Shown: in pieces, positions 26,441-36,298 of the stretch
How the letters are laid out: each line of letters begins with the position of its first letter
Numbering within the stretch: the stretch's first letter is position 1
From: a virus
DNA length: 64,000 bases
Virus record (IMG/VR): IMGVR_UViG_3300020120_000133
Coordinates: 1-64,000 of that record
Direction: 5' to 3' (one strand)
Made by a program: the position numbers and the translations under genes
Notes under the pieces: generated by a model
Database searches by the model: none
The model's input: the letters and a program-made list of their open reading frames with translations, nothing else
Told to the model about the DNA's origin: nothing

Positions 26441-29400
26441 TCAACCCGGTTGATGTCGAATCGCGCGGCCCAATTTTTTATTTTTGATGACCGCTTGCGT
26501 CGCCATATCGACGATCAGGTCCGAGTTTTTATGAAGCCCGCGACGCACTAATTCGTCGTGATTTGCGACGACCGTGACATGCACGACCGGAGTTCCACCG
26601 CCCCCGCCACCGCGCATTTCGACCGGAATTTTCCCCGAGCGCAGCGGCACGAACGCCTCTGGGTTTCCGGTTTCCGCGATCAACCCCAATGTTCTACTCA
26701 TCGCGATTCCCCCATCCGCGTAAGAGTGAAACGGGATGAAGCCCGGAACGATGCCGCCGCCTCCGAACTCGGCACCAGCAGCGACACCGGCATAGGCATC
26801 GACGCCGGCGCCAGCGCTACTGGCCGCTGCTGATGATCCGCCGCCTCCACCGAACAAACTGGCGAAGATACCGCCGAACTGCGTCGTCACATTCCCGGCG
26901 TTGTTGCGCGTGAAGGCGTCGCCGAAAAGCCCCTGCGTGATGTCCTTCGATGCCATTTGGGTAAACGCGCGAGTAATGTCGTGCGCGAACCCGAGCAAGA
27001 CATCTTTCAGTTTTCCGCCTCGCCAAATCATGTCATCCAGCGCCGAACCCAAGCTATTCTGGAACGCATCGCGCGCGGCGACTCCGAACTCCAGCCAGCC
27101 CTCGGTGAGATAATCCACGCTGCGCCTGAGTTCCCGGACTTTGGCGTCGGCGGTTTCGAGGTTGTGGATCGTTTGGAGAAGCGCGAACGCGGCCGCATCC
27201 TTGTCGGCCCCGGGCTTCGCGCTTTGATAGGCGCCGAAAGCCTCGGTGATCTGGCCTTCCAGCCGCTGCCTGCCGCCGTTCGTGTAGATCGCCAAAGCGT
27301 TCTGCGCCGCCGTGCGATCGGAAACCGGTGTCGCGCCGTTGACCGCCGCGATGATCTGGGACGCGCTGCCCGAATGTATCAACGATCCGAGATCCAGCGA
27401 TCCATATTTCGTGCCTTCCAAAGCCGCCTGCACCGCGTTGGTTTGCTGGGTCTGGAGGAACCCGACGCGCGTCGAAAGCGGGATGTTTTTATCCGTGAGA
27501 AGCGACTGCGCTCCGAGACCGGTGATTCTCGCGATCGCGGTCGCATAAGAGGTCGTGCCGGCCAGGATGATCTGCTGCATCGCGGCGGCAGCATCCGGCG
27601 GAAGGTCCTTCGTCGCCTTGAACAGCGCTTCACCAAAATTACGTGCCGCACTGGAAGCCTGAAGCTGAATGAACTTCGCGGTGTCGGCCGCGCTGGCGAT
27701 GAGGTTGAATGCCGTGACCCCAGTGGAAGCGTAGCCGCCAAGAAAGCCAGCCGTGCCGATGCCGCCGCTGGGACGATCCAGCCCCAGTTTCTTCAGGTCG
27801 GTTGCCAGCGACGATCGGAGGCCGCCCAGCGCGGTGCCGAAAAGGTCGGGGTTCGCGTTGCTGGCGGCCTGCAGCAGCTTGTCCAACGGCGTTTCTTGGC
27901 GAACCGAGATTTCGTTCAGCGACTGCAACGCGCCCGGCAAGTTCTGCACTCTCGTCGCGTACCGGTTGCCGCTGCCGAAAGACTGCTGATCGATCTGGCT
28001 CCAAAGCGCGAAGCTGCCCCAGAAACTCTTCGTGGCATCCGAGATCCCGGAACCCTGAATGCCGCCGGGGGTGCCGGTGAATTGGCCGTTACGCGAGACG
28101 ACGAAGCCGTTCCGATCGGTCGTCCACGCCATCGGCCCGTTGCCTTCGAAGACGGTGCCGCCGCTGGGTCCGCGCGTGCCGGTAAGCCCCAGTGCGTGTT
28201 CGACGGCCAAGTCGAGAAGGCTGTGCTGATCGTCATGGCTGAGATGGGGGCCGGCGCCGGTAGCGCTCCCACCGTTGATCCCCCGAAGCCGACCAATTGC
28301 CCAAACGACCAAATCGATGTCCGCGACGATGTCGTGGATCGCCGAACCGATCGTGGCCGCAGCCGCCGGCAGGGCAGATGCCGCGTCGGCGAGCTTATGG
28401 GCCGCGAGGGCGAAGGCTTCGGTCGCATTTGCGGCGGCATCCCCTTGATCCTTTGCCCCGGTCAGCGTCGTCGCGAACTTCAGCAGCCCCCCGCCCAAAC
28501 CAGCGAAAATCCTGTCCAGATCGGCACCGATGCGGTTGGCCTGCTTGTCGAAATTGTCGGACCCGAAGAACTTAAAGAGATTCTGTGTCAACGCCCCGAT
28601 CTTGGCCGAGACGGAGTCGAAGACATGGCTATCGGCGATCTTGGTCAGACCGAAATCGAAAGCCTCTCTCAGCTTGTCCAGTCGGCGACTGATCAGGTTC
28701 CCGGTCTGGCTCAGAGCCTCTTCGGGCAGAAAGAGGTCGGCGAAGCGCTGGACCGCCTGGAACCTCAACTGGGCGCTTCCCCGCAATTCTGGCGTCGTTC
28801 GGCCCACAAGACCGGCTAGAACGTCTTCCGAGAGTCCGAAGCGTCTCCGAAGCAGCGGCACGCCCCCTGAGCCGCCTTCTGAGAGCTGTCTTAGAGCGAT
28901 TAGGGCTTGCTCGGTGCCTTCACCCCCGACCAAGCCAAGCCGGGTTGCTAATGCGGCGAATTGCTGGATGCCTTGTGGACCGAACTGATTGGCGAGCGCG
29001 GGGGTTTGGGCAAGCAGGCTGCCGGCACCCCTGAGTTCAGAGACAAGCAGCGGGGAACTGCCAGAACCGGCGACAAGGCTGTAGTTCAAGGCGCGGGCGC
29101 GCTCCATCGACCCGACGACGCCGAGAATCGAGATTTCGAACTTGCGACTGCGCTCGTCGGCCTCCAGCATGAGTTTATTAAATTGGACAAAGGGCTGAAT
29201 CAGGGCGCGGTCGATGACATTCGCGACGCGCTCGATGCTGTAGATCGAGGCGGCGAGGGTGGTCACGCCACTCTGTATGCTCGCAAAGATGCCCCCGATC
29301 CCACCGCCGCCAGCGCCGCCTCCCCCGGAGCCGCCCACCTTGTTAAACGACTGAACGATGCGGTTTGCAAGTTGATCGACGACCGCCGCAACCTGTTTGG

Positions 29401-29503
29401 CCTCAGCATCGACCGTTGCGGCGATCTGCTTCATCCCCTGTTGTGTTCCAGCGGCGATCTGGGAACTGTCGATAACCAAACGCAAACGAATCGGTTCGGG
29501 CAT
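26441..29503 (-). CDS. Tail tape measure protein (1020 aa)
   Basis: Long helical, Gly/Ala-rich protein with an N-terminal coiled coil and G-rich tracts. Lies upstream of the tail-tip genes. Confidence 0.85.
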   Translation of the reverse strand: MPEPIRLRLVIDSSQIAAGTQQGMKQIAATVDAEAKQVAAVVDQLANRIVQSFNKVGGSGGGGAGGGGIGGIFASIQSGVTTLAASIYSIERVANVIDRALIQPFVQFNKLMLEADERSRKFEISILGVVGSMERARALNYSLVAGSGSSPLLVSELRGAGSLLAQTPALANQFGPQGIQQFAALATRLGLVGGEGTEQALIALRQLSEGGSGGVPLLRRRFGLSEDVLAGLVGRTTPELRGSAQLRFQAVQRFADLFLPEEALSQTGNLISRRLDKLREAFDFGLTKIADSHVFDSVSAKIGALTQNLFKFFGSDNFDKQANRIGADLDRIFAGLGGGLLKFATTLTGAKDQGDAAANATEAFALAAHKLADAASALPAAAATIGSAIHDIVADIDLVVWAIGRLRGINGGSATGAGPHLSHDDQHSLLDLAVEHALGLTGTRGPSGGTVFEGNGPMAWTTDRNGFVVSRNGQFTGTPGGIQGSGISDATKSFWGSFALWSQIDQQSFGSGNRYATRVQNLPGALQSLNEISVRQETPLDKLLQAASNANPDLFGTALGGLRSSLATDLKKLGLDRPSGGIGTAGFLGGYASTGVTAFNLIASAADTAKFIQLQASSAARNFGEALFKATKDLPPDAAAAMQQIILAGTTSYATAIARITGLGAQSLLTDKNIPLSTRVGFLQTQQTNAVQAALEGTKYGSLDLGSLIHSGSASQIIAAVNGATPVSDRTAAQNALAIYTNGGRQRLEGQITEAFGAYQSAKPGADKDAAAFALLQTIHNLETADAKVRELRRSVDYLTEGWLEFGVAARDAFQNSLGSALDDMIWRGGKLKDVLLGFAHDITRAFTQMASKDITQGLFGDAFTRNNAGNVTTQFGGIFASLFGGGGGSSAAASSAGAGVDAYAGVAAGAEFGGGGIVPGFIPFHSYADGGIAMSRTLGLIAETGNPEAFVPLRSGKIPVEMRGGGGGGTPVVHVTVVANHDELVRRGLHKNSDLIVDMATQAVIKNKKLGRAIRHQPG

Positions 29504-29527
29504 GCACAGATCAGACGACGCGAAGGC

Positions 29528-29563
29528 ATTAAAATGCCCGCGATCTACGGGAAGATCGCGGGC
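29528..29563 (-). terminator. Rho-independent terminator just upstream of the tape measure start
   Basis: The minus strand reads GCCCGCGATC-ttcccgta-GATCGCGGGC followed by ATTTTAAT. Confidence 0.6.
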
Positions 29564-29629
29564 CGTTGCGTTGCGTCGCGGGGCGATGCGTAGCGACGAG
29601 TTGCGGAGCGAGGCGGTGCGGCGAAAAGA

Positions 29630-30205
29630 TCAGGCCGCGAGAGTTTCGGCCCGGGCCAAGAAATTCTGAACGTCGAACCTTCCGTAGTAACCGTTCTGGC
29701 GAGGCCGGAATCGCCCAAGTCCAATATATTTCCCCGCCGCGATGAGATACCGATGCAGGACGTCCGGCGTGATGATCGGGTCCAGCACGATGATCTCCGC
29801 GTTCGCCTTCCAAGAATGAAAGATCGGGTAGGTTTTCCAGATACGCTTCCCGGAGCCGCGTTTGCCATCGGACGGGAGAAACAGCCGTTCACTCGGGACA
29901 TCGTCGGCCTTGACGCCAAGCATCAGGGGATCGAGGACCGTGACGCCAGCCTCGAAATTCTTCGTATACGTCGCCTTTCCCTTTCCGGGGATTGATTCGG
30001 AAAGGTATTTCGCGATCTCGCTCAGGCAGTTTTTGAGCGCCGTCGGCGGAATGAACGCCTCGCCGTCGGCGTCGCGGTGAATGTGTTCTCGCCACGTTCG
30101 CTTTTCGAATTCGTCGTGCGGTTCGTTCTGGCCCCGGACAGACTGAATCGCCGCTGATTGGCTGTATGGCGTCACGCCAACGATCATGCAGGTGCATCGA
30201 ATCAT
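29630..30205 (-). CDS. Hypothetical protein (191 aa)
   Basis: ATG 30205 behind GGAGAA. Protein-like sequence (…GLGRFRPRQNGYYGRFDV). I do not recognise the family. Confidence 0.5.
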   Translation of the reverse strand: MIRCTCMIVGVTPYSQSAAIQSVRGQNEPHDEFEKRTWREHIHRDADGEAFIPPTALKNCLSEIAKYLSESIPGKGKATYTKNFEAGVTVLDPLMLGVKADDVPSERLFLPSDGKRGSGKRIWKTYPIFHSWKANAEIIVLDPIITPDVLHRYLIAAGKYIGLGRFRPRQNGYYGRFDVQNFLARAETLAA

Positions 30206-30432
30206 CGAAGCTTCTCCGCTGCAAAAGCACCGCCCCGGGTTGCGATCTGCCGGTAAGGACAGGACCAAGGGCGGTGCGGGGTTCCGAAATTTAAGGGGAA
30301 CAGCAGATCGCAAAAGCAGAGTAACCGCGCCGAATCCGAAGTCAAGTGATAAAGTCACCTTTCTTTCGTCTGCAATGACATCCGCCGCACCGGGCAGCGG
30401 CGACCGGCGTATCTGCTTCGAATGGGCCGACC

Positions 30433-31101
30433 ATGAATGATGGACCTCTCTGGGAGGGGATTGAACTTCCTGAATGGAACCTGCAGGTATTTTTCAAGCT
30501 GTACCTCCGCTTCAAAGGCCGCAACCGGACGCGCATTGAAGAGGACGAATTCTGCCGGATGTTGATGTTCCAGGTCGCGGTCCACGCCAACAAACTAGGC
30601 TGGCGTCGCACTTTCGCGCAGCACAACATCGATCCGCAAGATGCCGGCGCCGAAGTCGTGAAGGCCCTGATCCCAAAACTTCTGCGCGTCAAACTGCGCC
30701 ACCCATGCCCACTCGTCCTGATCCAAACCCTCAATCTCGCGATCAACAATGAACTCAAATCCGTCGTCCGCGCCAAGAACCGCAAGAGCGCGATCCCGAC
30801 GCAGAACGAGGCCGAGGACTTCGAACATGCCGACATCAGCTCGGCCTCCCCGACGATCGACGGCCTGTTGCGCGCGATGAAAGACGCCGAAGAGGAAGTC
30901 TGCCCGAACTACCGCGTCGTCAAACTGGCGTATCGTCGGATGTGCGAATCGGTCGTGAGGGGGAAGAATATCCCGACCATAGAGGAAATGCCCCGCAAGA
31001 TTCGGGATAGTATTGTCTTCGATGATTTCGCCCTCGTTGCGTTCCGCCTCGGCACAATCATCGACCGGTACGCGCAGGATCTCGCCAGCGCTGCTTGTTA
31101 A
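30433..31101 (+). CDS. Hypothetical protein (222 aa), possible regulator
   Basis: ORF-track ORF, divergent from 29630..30205 and upstream of the Mor-like gene. Confidence 0.4.
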   Translation: MNDGPLWEGIELPEWNLQVFFKLYLRFKGRNRTRIEEDEFCRMLMFQVAVHANKLGWRRTFAQHNIDPQDAGAEVVKALIPKLLRVKLRHPCPLVLIQTLNLAINNELKSVVRAKNRKSAIPTQNEAEDFEHADISSASPTIDGLLRAMKDAEEEVCPNYRVVKLAYRRMCESVVRGKNIPTIEEMPRKIRDSIVFDDFALVAFRLGTIIDRYAQDLASAAC

Positions 31102-31507
31102 TCTTCTCACCGAACATTTCAAAGAGACGCTGAAGCGCCACGGCCTCGATCCCGACTACGAGACCGCCGCGCGCGAAGCCCTGCAATTCTGCCGGCGCTT
31201 CTACCCTGTCGGCGTCCTGCACGTTCCCGGCCCCGAGATCATCGAACGGGTCGCCAGAGACAACCATATCGCGATGCGGATCCAAAAGGATGCGAGCATC
31301 GACAACGTGCGGAGGTTGGCCGACTGGCACGGGATCAAGAATCGGGACGTCGTCAAGACGACAGCGCGGAAGCTGGGGAGATCGGTTGCGGCCCTTCGTT
31401 CCGGCTGTCAGCAGCAGAAGCCGAGGCGTCGTCGGCGCCGGGGTCGGCTGATGATGCCCCATCGGGTCAAGGATTGCGTCGGGCAGATCGTGATGTTCGG
31501 GGTGTGA
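31013..31507 (+). CDS. Mor-like transcriptional activator (start uncertain)
   Basis: VLHVPGPEIIERVARDNHIAMRIQKDASIDNVRRLADWHGIKNRDVVKTTAR matches the Mor/C pattern (Y.P...RD..I...LA..yg.s...v). The first 26 codons look like junk and overlap the upstream gene. The true start may lie near 31091. Confidence 0.45.
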   Translation: MSSMISPSLRSASAQSSTGTRRISPALLVNLLTEHFKETLKRHGLDPDYETAAREALQFCRRFYPVGVLHVPGPEIIERVARDNHIAMRIQKDASIDNVRRLADWHGIKNRDVVKTTARKLGRSVAALRSGCQQQKPRRRRRRGRLMMPHRVKDCVGQIVMFGV

Positions 31508-31508
31508 T

Positions 31509-31967
31509 TTACAGCTTGGTGATTCTGATAAACGCGCCGGTCTTGTCGCCGTAGGTCTTCTCCAGATACTCGCAAGCGATCTGGGAATCGTCGCGCCACA
31601 CGATCCCGGTCAGAGCGTCCTCCGTTGACCTGCCCAGCTTCAGCGCGTCCGGCTTCTTCGTGTGAAATCGCGGCGCCACCGGTTTCAGTTCCCCGTTGCT
31701 GCGGAAATGTGCCTGGACGCGCGGCATCACGAATCGCATCTCGACGCGCAGCGGACCTTCCAACAATGCGCCGATGTAGTTCTGTTGCGCGAATACCGCG
31801 ACGGTGCGCTTCCAGTCCTTCGCCTTCGGGTTGTCATCGGTGACGATCGCGCGCTTCAGCTTTTCGATGTAGAACGCCCGCTTGCTGCCGCCGGGTTGGG
31901 GAAGGCCCGGGACGAAGAACTCAATCGATTCGGTCGCCTCTGCTGATTGTTCGAACAATGCCGTCAT
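31509..31967 (-). CDS. rusA: RusA-family Holliday junction resolvase
   Basis: FFVPGLPQPGGSKR... and PDALKLGRSTEDALTGIVWRDDSQI match RusA signatures. Confidence 0.8.
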   Translation of the reverse strand: MTALFEQSAEATESIEFFVPGLPQPGGSKRAFYIEKLKRAIVTDDNPKAKDWKRTVAVFAQQNYIGALLEGPLRVEMRFVMPRVQAHFRSNGELKPVAPRFHTKKPDALKLGRSTEDALTGIVWRDDSQIACEYLEKTYGDKTGAFIRITKL

Positions 31968-31975
31968 CGCGTCCT

Positions 31976-33754
31976 CTATTCGAAAAGCTGATCCGCCGCC
32001 TTGACCTCACCGCGCCCGACGGACTCGACGAGTCGCCGGCTGCTGAGTCTCTGGATATAAGCGTCCCGAGAACTACGTTTATAGTTCACCGCTTCATCGA
32101 TCGATTCTCTGGTCACCGATTCGGGATACGCCGCCATGACGAACTCAAGGATCTTGCGCTCGCCTTCCGGAAGCCGCCGCAGCCAGTATTCGCGAAGATC
32201 GGCGCCAGTCGGCAATGGATCGAAGTCGGAACCCAGCGCCGCCACCCCATCGGCAGTCGCGATAATGCTGTCGCCGCGCTGCTCGACGTATCCGCGCTCG
32301 CGAAGTCGCTGAATATAGGCGTCCCTGCTGGATCGTTTGTACGCCGTCAGCACCGTGATCTGATCGCGACCCGCACCTTCAGGATATTGCGCCGCAACCG
32401 TGAGGACGGCGCGCTCGCCCTTGGGCAAGTCGCCCCCGGACTCGCCGGATGATGATGGCTTCCGATACCGGATTGTTTCCGAGAATTCTTTCGCTGGCGC
32501 TGGCGGTCTGGTGAAACTCGGCGCCTGGCGCGTCTGGGGGATCGCTGCGGACGGCACTGGCTTGGCCTTGACCATCTGGCGGATCGAGGCCGCCTCAGTC
32601 AGCATCTTGTCGCGCGTCTCGGCGACCGCTTTCCACTTCGGTTCCAGAACCGCCGTCCACTTCTCCATCGTGCCGTTCCCCATCGACTCGAACTTGTCGG
32701 CCAACTTCTCAAGCCTGCTGATTTGGGAATCCCGGATGACCGGGACCTCGACGCGCTTTTCCTTCGCGGTCGCCGGTGCCGCTGCCGGCTTGGCGATCTG
32801 CTTCTTGAGTTCCGCGATCTGGCGCCTGAGTTCTCTCGGATCGTTCGCTTTCGCCTCTTCTATTACCACGGCGAGTTTCTCTTTGACCGCCTGCAGGTCA
32901 ACATCCGCCCAGCCCTTCCCGCTGATGCGTTTTTGTAGCTGCGGGGGAGCGAACGAATCGAACGTCTTGAACAGAGGAAAGCTGACACGTTTGGGGCCAA
33001 AGCCGACCTCGGGGGACCACATCCATGCCTCGGGACGTTCCAAGTTCGCGAGCGTTTTCATCACTTCGCTGCCAATTTCCGGGTCGCCGTTGCCATCAAT
33101 CCAGGTTTTTATCGCCTCACGGTCTGCTGGATGAACCACGCGAAGCGCTACCAGTGTTTCGCAGCTAGTCAACGTGTCATTGTGAACCTTTTGTGGCCGC
33201 TGTGACGCGAGCAGGCATACTAATCCGAGGCCGCGCCCTTCGCTGAGCAGCCGGTTTGCCCAGTGAAGGCCCACGCCGGCAGCGGTGTCTTTGTCGGACA
33301 TTCCCTTCCATTGCTTCGGCGCGAAATTATGGAACTCGTCGCCGACCAAATACAGTTCGCCCGCATTCGCGGCAAAGAGCGTCGAGGCGAAATCAATCCA
33401 AAATCGCATCATCGCGCCCTGCGTCCAGCCTCGAAGCCCGATGACGCATGGTCGGTTCCCTGAGCTGATCAGTTCCGCGATGTGCTTCCCGCTGTGGTCG
33501 TTAATTGGAACGTCTGTGGCGCGCGACTCTTTGAAGTCGCCGAACATTACCACGGGTAGCCCCGGATCTTTTCCGTTTTCCGCCAGCTTTAGGCCCCACC
33601 AATCGCCCTTAGGATCCAAAATACAAACGCGCTTCTGGACCTGCAGAAGATGCTCGACGATGTAGCGCAGCTTGGATGACTTGCCCGACCCGGTCTTGCC
33701 GAGCATGACCAGATGCTGATCAAGCACTTCCTGCGGAAAAATCAACTTGCTCAT
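31976..33754 (-). CDS. HerA/FtsK-like P-loop ATPase with two C-terminal winged-helix repeats
   Basis: Walker A GKTGSGKS, Walker B LVGDEFHNF, and SQRPQ. The C-terminus carries a tandem repeat, each unit containing YKRSSRDAYIQRL. Confidence 0.65.
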   Translation of the reverse strand: MSKLIFPQEVLDQHLVMLGKTGSGKSSKLRYIVEHLLQVQKRVCILDPKGDWWGLKLAENGKDPGLPVVMFGDFKESRATDVPINDHSGKHIAELISSGNRPCVIGLRGWTQGAMMRFWIDFASTLFAANAGELYLVGDEFHNFAPKQWKGMSDKDTAAGVGLHWANRLLSEGRGLGLVCLLASQRPQKVHNDTLTSCETLVALRVVHPADREAIKTWIDGNGDPEIGSEVMKTLANLERPEAWMWSPEVGFGPKRVSFPLFKTFDSFAPPQLQKRISGKGWADVDLQAVKEKLAVVIEEAKANDPRELRRQIAELKKQIAKPAAAPATAKEKRVEVPVIRDSQISRLEKLADKFESMGNGTMEKWTAVLEPKWKAVAETRDKMLTEAASIRQMVKAKPVPSAAIPQTRQAPSFTRPPAPAKEFSETIRYRKPSSSGESGGDLPKGERAVLTVAAQYPEGAGRDQITVLTAYKRSSRDAYIQRLRERGYVEQRGDSIIATADGVAALGSDFDPLPTGADLREYWLRRLPEGERKILEFVMAAYPESVTRESIDEAVNYKRSSRDAYIQRLSSRRLVESVGRGEVKAADQLFE

Positions 33755-34626
33755 GGTGCGCTCGTTGTAGCAATGTTCGCCGGCGACGTTCCGGGAAATT
33801 CCCTGATGCGTAATCGTTCAGGCCAATCGCTAGGGTCGCCGCTGACTTTGCCGTTGATCGGCATCTGTTTGTGAAAACATCTCACCCCCGCCGACTTGCA
33901 CTGATCGATAATGCTCAACGCGGCGTCGGCATAACCGTCCGCGAATCGGCCGGGGTAGTTGCCGCGCGACTCACAGCCAATAATCACCCACTCGACGTTC
34001 TGTTCGAGATAGCCCCTGATGTTCCCCAAATCTTCCAGCAGCGGCTCAAGGCTCCAGAAATGCACTGCGGCGAGGCAGGCCGATAGGTCCATCGCGCGGT
34101 CCATGCACTTCTGATTCTCGGCACTGACACCCAACCACACGTTGGGGAGTGGAAAGCTTTCGGGGACACGAATCTCATCGCCGAATTTCTCGCTTGCTGC
34201 CAGACACAACACGCCCCGTCGCGTTAGGGTCTCGCAATACTCCTTCATTCGTTCCGCGCGCTTGGTCAACACCTGGAACGTGTGCTGCGGACAAAGCGCC
34301 ATAACGGCAAACACTCTGTCGATGAACTCGAACGGCACTGACTTGTGGAACATGTCCGACATGGAGTTGACGAAGACGCGGCGGGGCTTGCGCCAGCCGA
34401 ACGGGATCTTCAGTGCCGGCTCGGCCGTTCGGACAATGCCGTTGAAGTGACGATCGCCCTTCGGATTCAAGACAGTCAGCCCTGCATATTTCGCCTGTCC
34501 CATTTTTTCGAGGCGGTAGGTTTGCCGAACCGCATAACATGAATCACAGCCCGGGGAGGCGTGTGTGCAGCCCGCGACCGGGTTCCATGTCGCGTCAGTC
34601 CATTCGATATCGCTAGATGTTGCCAT
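33751..34626 (-). CDS. Phage Gp37/Gp68 family protein (DUF5131)
   Basis: IEWTDATWNPVAGCTHASPGCDSCYA signature. Confidence 0.75.
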   Translation of the reverse strand: MATSSDIEWTDATWNPVAGCTHASPGCDSCYAVRQTYRLEKMGQAKYAGLTVLNPKGDRHFNGIVRTAEPALKIPFGWRKPRRVFVNSMSDMFHKSVPFEFIDRVFAVMALCPQHTFQVLTKRAERMKEYCETLTRRGVLCLAASEKFGDEIRVPESFPLPNVWLGVSAENQKCMDRAMDLSACLAAVHFWSLEPLLEDLGNIRGYLEQNVEWVIIGCESRGNYPGRFADGYADAALSIIDQCKSAGVRCFHKQMPINGKVSGDPSDWPERLRIREFPGTSPANIATTSAP

Positions 34627-34644
34627 CGATTTCCTTTGTATCGA

Positions 34645-35082
34645 TCACGCCGCAGCCACGATCAGTTCGTCCGGCACATTGAACCAGCCCTGCCGCCCGC
34701 GCCATGGGAACGGCTTGATGATCCTTGGCGATGCAAGATGCCAAGCCCACCGTCCCGGCGCGTAATTCCCGAACATCCGTTCATCGCTCCCCAATGTCGG
34801 CGCGCAGCTTTCCGTGGGTGACCAGCCGGTGATTTCGACGGTTCCGATCACCATGCCAAGCGGCGGTCTCGAATTGGTCCAAAGCCGGTTCACTAACGGA
34901 TCGGCGAGCCACTGCTTGAATGGTTCCTGCAACCAGAGTCGCCGTTGTTCCGGTGCCCACCTTTTCGAAACGTGGATCGCGACGATGCCGCGATAGTTCG
35001 GCTGCCAACTGCGCGTCTCGTTGCGCTTGGCGCCGATGACGCAAAGCGTCCCCCACGGATCCCAAAGGCTGATGCACTTCAC
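34645..35082 (-). CDS. ASCH domain protein
   Basis: ISLWDPWGTLCVIGAKRNETRSW...GIVAIHVSK pattern. Confidence 0.65.
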   Translation of the reverse strand: MKCISLWDPWGTLCVIGAKRNETRSWQPNYRGIVAIHVSKRWAPEQRRLWLQEPFKQWLADPLVNRLWTNSRPPLGMVIGTVEITGWSPTESCAPTLGSDERMFGNYAPGRWAWHLASPRIIKPFPWRGRQGWFNVPDELIVAAA

Positions 35083-35525
35083 CGCAGCCTCCGTCTTTCC
35101 GCCAGCATCGCATCGGCGATCTCGTAACAGATTCCAGCCGCTTCCGATGTCGGCTTCTCCCTCAGCACCGCCGCCAGCGCGAACGCCGCGAAGTAGTCCC
35201 GCAGCGTCATGGCGTCGGCTTCGGGGTCGATATCGTCGTCGTCATAGCGCAGACTGCGGGGATCGTGGACATTGTTGTCATCACGAACTGGCGCCGCCTC
35301 CGACCATTGGCTGCGGCGATTCTGCTTCTGTCTCTTCGATGAAAGGATGTTCCTGCCGCGCTGCGCCCTCTCAATCATGGCGTCGGTGAATTCCTTGCCG
35401 ATCAGCAGGCGCGTCCAGCCGCTTCGGAGATCGTCCCAATGCAGCCCCAGCGCCTCGATGGTCGCGCGGGTAAAGGCACCGTTACGGCGCAGGCTGTTGA
35501 GAAGTTGGTGAGTCATCACCGGCAT
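35079..35525 (-). CDS. Hypothetical protein (148 aa)
   Basis: ORF-track ORF. Overlapping stop/start codons on both sides. Confidence 0.5.
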   Translation of the reverse strand: MPVMTHQLLNSLRRNGAFTRATIEALGLHWDDLRSGWTRLLIGKEFTDAMIERAQRGRNILSSKRQKQNRRSQWSEAAPVRDDNNVHDPRSLRYDDDDIDPEADAMTLRDYFAAFALAAVLREKPTSEAAGICYEIADAMLAERRRLR

Positions 35526-35932
35526 CAGATTTTTTCATCGATCGCGATCGGATGCAGCCCCGCCAAATCGGACTGGTATTTTTCGATCTCCGGTTTCAGT
35601 CGCGCCATGATCCGGGTTCGATTCTCATGGCACCATTTCTCCCAGCGATCATTGTCGCGCGCGATCTCGTCGGGGACTACTTCGTCGAATAGCCCGTAGT
35701 GCGCGATGGCGTAAAAGCCGCCGCCAGCGCCCTTGCCGGCGCGAATGTGCATGTGGGTCGGCTTTCCCAAGATGCGATAGACGAAGATGGTCTCGCCGCT
35801 TTCGGCGACGTCGCACGGCAGATCGAGGGCATCGGTTTTTCCCCGTGGCCCGATCACCACCCGCAGCAGCATCGGCGTCCGCATCAGGCGAAGCTCTTTT
35901 CCTTCCGCTGGACCGTCTATGAACTTCACCAT
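35525..35932 (-). CDS. Hypothetical protein (135 aa)
   Basis: ATG 35932 behind GAGGA. The track start at 35944 is a TTG. Confidence 0.5.
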   Translation of the reverse strand: MVKFIDGPAEGKELRLMRTPMLLRVVIGPRGKTDALDLPCDVAESGETIFVYRILGKPTHMHIRAGKGAGGGFYAIAHYGLFDEVVPDEIARDNDRWEKWCHENRTRIMARLKPEIEKYQSDLAGLHPIAIDEKI

Positions 35933-35940
35933 ATTGATCC

Positions 35941-36132
35941 TCAACTCCGAACATTCATCGCCGCCAACTGTTCCCGGACCTTAGCCTCGGCTTGCTTCAA
36001 GATCATCCAAGCCTGCATGCGCGTCAGCGGCTCGTGGGTGCGCCTGCGGTATTCAGCCGCGACCTCAGAAATCGTCCGCACCGCATACTTCTGCCCGTTC
36101 GTCCCGGTCCCGATATCAGCCTCTTCCAACAT
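35941..36132 (-). CDS. Small HTH protein resembling sigma-70 region 4
   Basis: LTRMQAWMILKQAEAKVREQL resembles the region-4 recognition helix context. GGAGGA SD upstream. Confidence 0.35.
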   Translation of the reverse strand: MLEEADIGTGTNGQKYAVRTISEVAAEYRRRTHEPLTRMQAWMILKQAEAKVREQLAAMNVRS

Positions 36133-36298
36133 GATTACATCCTCCGTGCGAGCATCCGTGCAAAGAGATGTGAAATGGCATCGACGGACCAGCGCTGGGA
36201 CACTGGTCCGCGATGCCGCCGTAGCGCTTATTCGGGCGTCAACCGATACGTGGAGTCGTCGCCGTGGTCGCCCGAAATCTGAAATCCTTTGTGTTTCA

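Noticed and set aside
24790-28819. 397-aa and 620-aa plus-strand ORFs
   Set aside because: They are shadows opposite the GH-like and tape measure genes, with no motifs.
31013-31101. Possibility that the 222-aa ORF and the Mor-like ORF are one frameshifted gene
   Set aside because: The Mor-like part alone already has roughly the full length of Mor-family proteins. An unusual or internal start is the simpler explanation.
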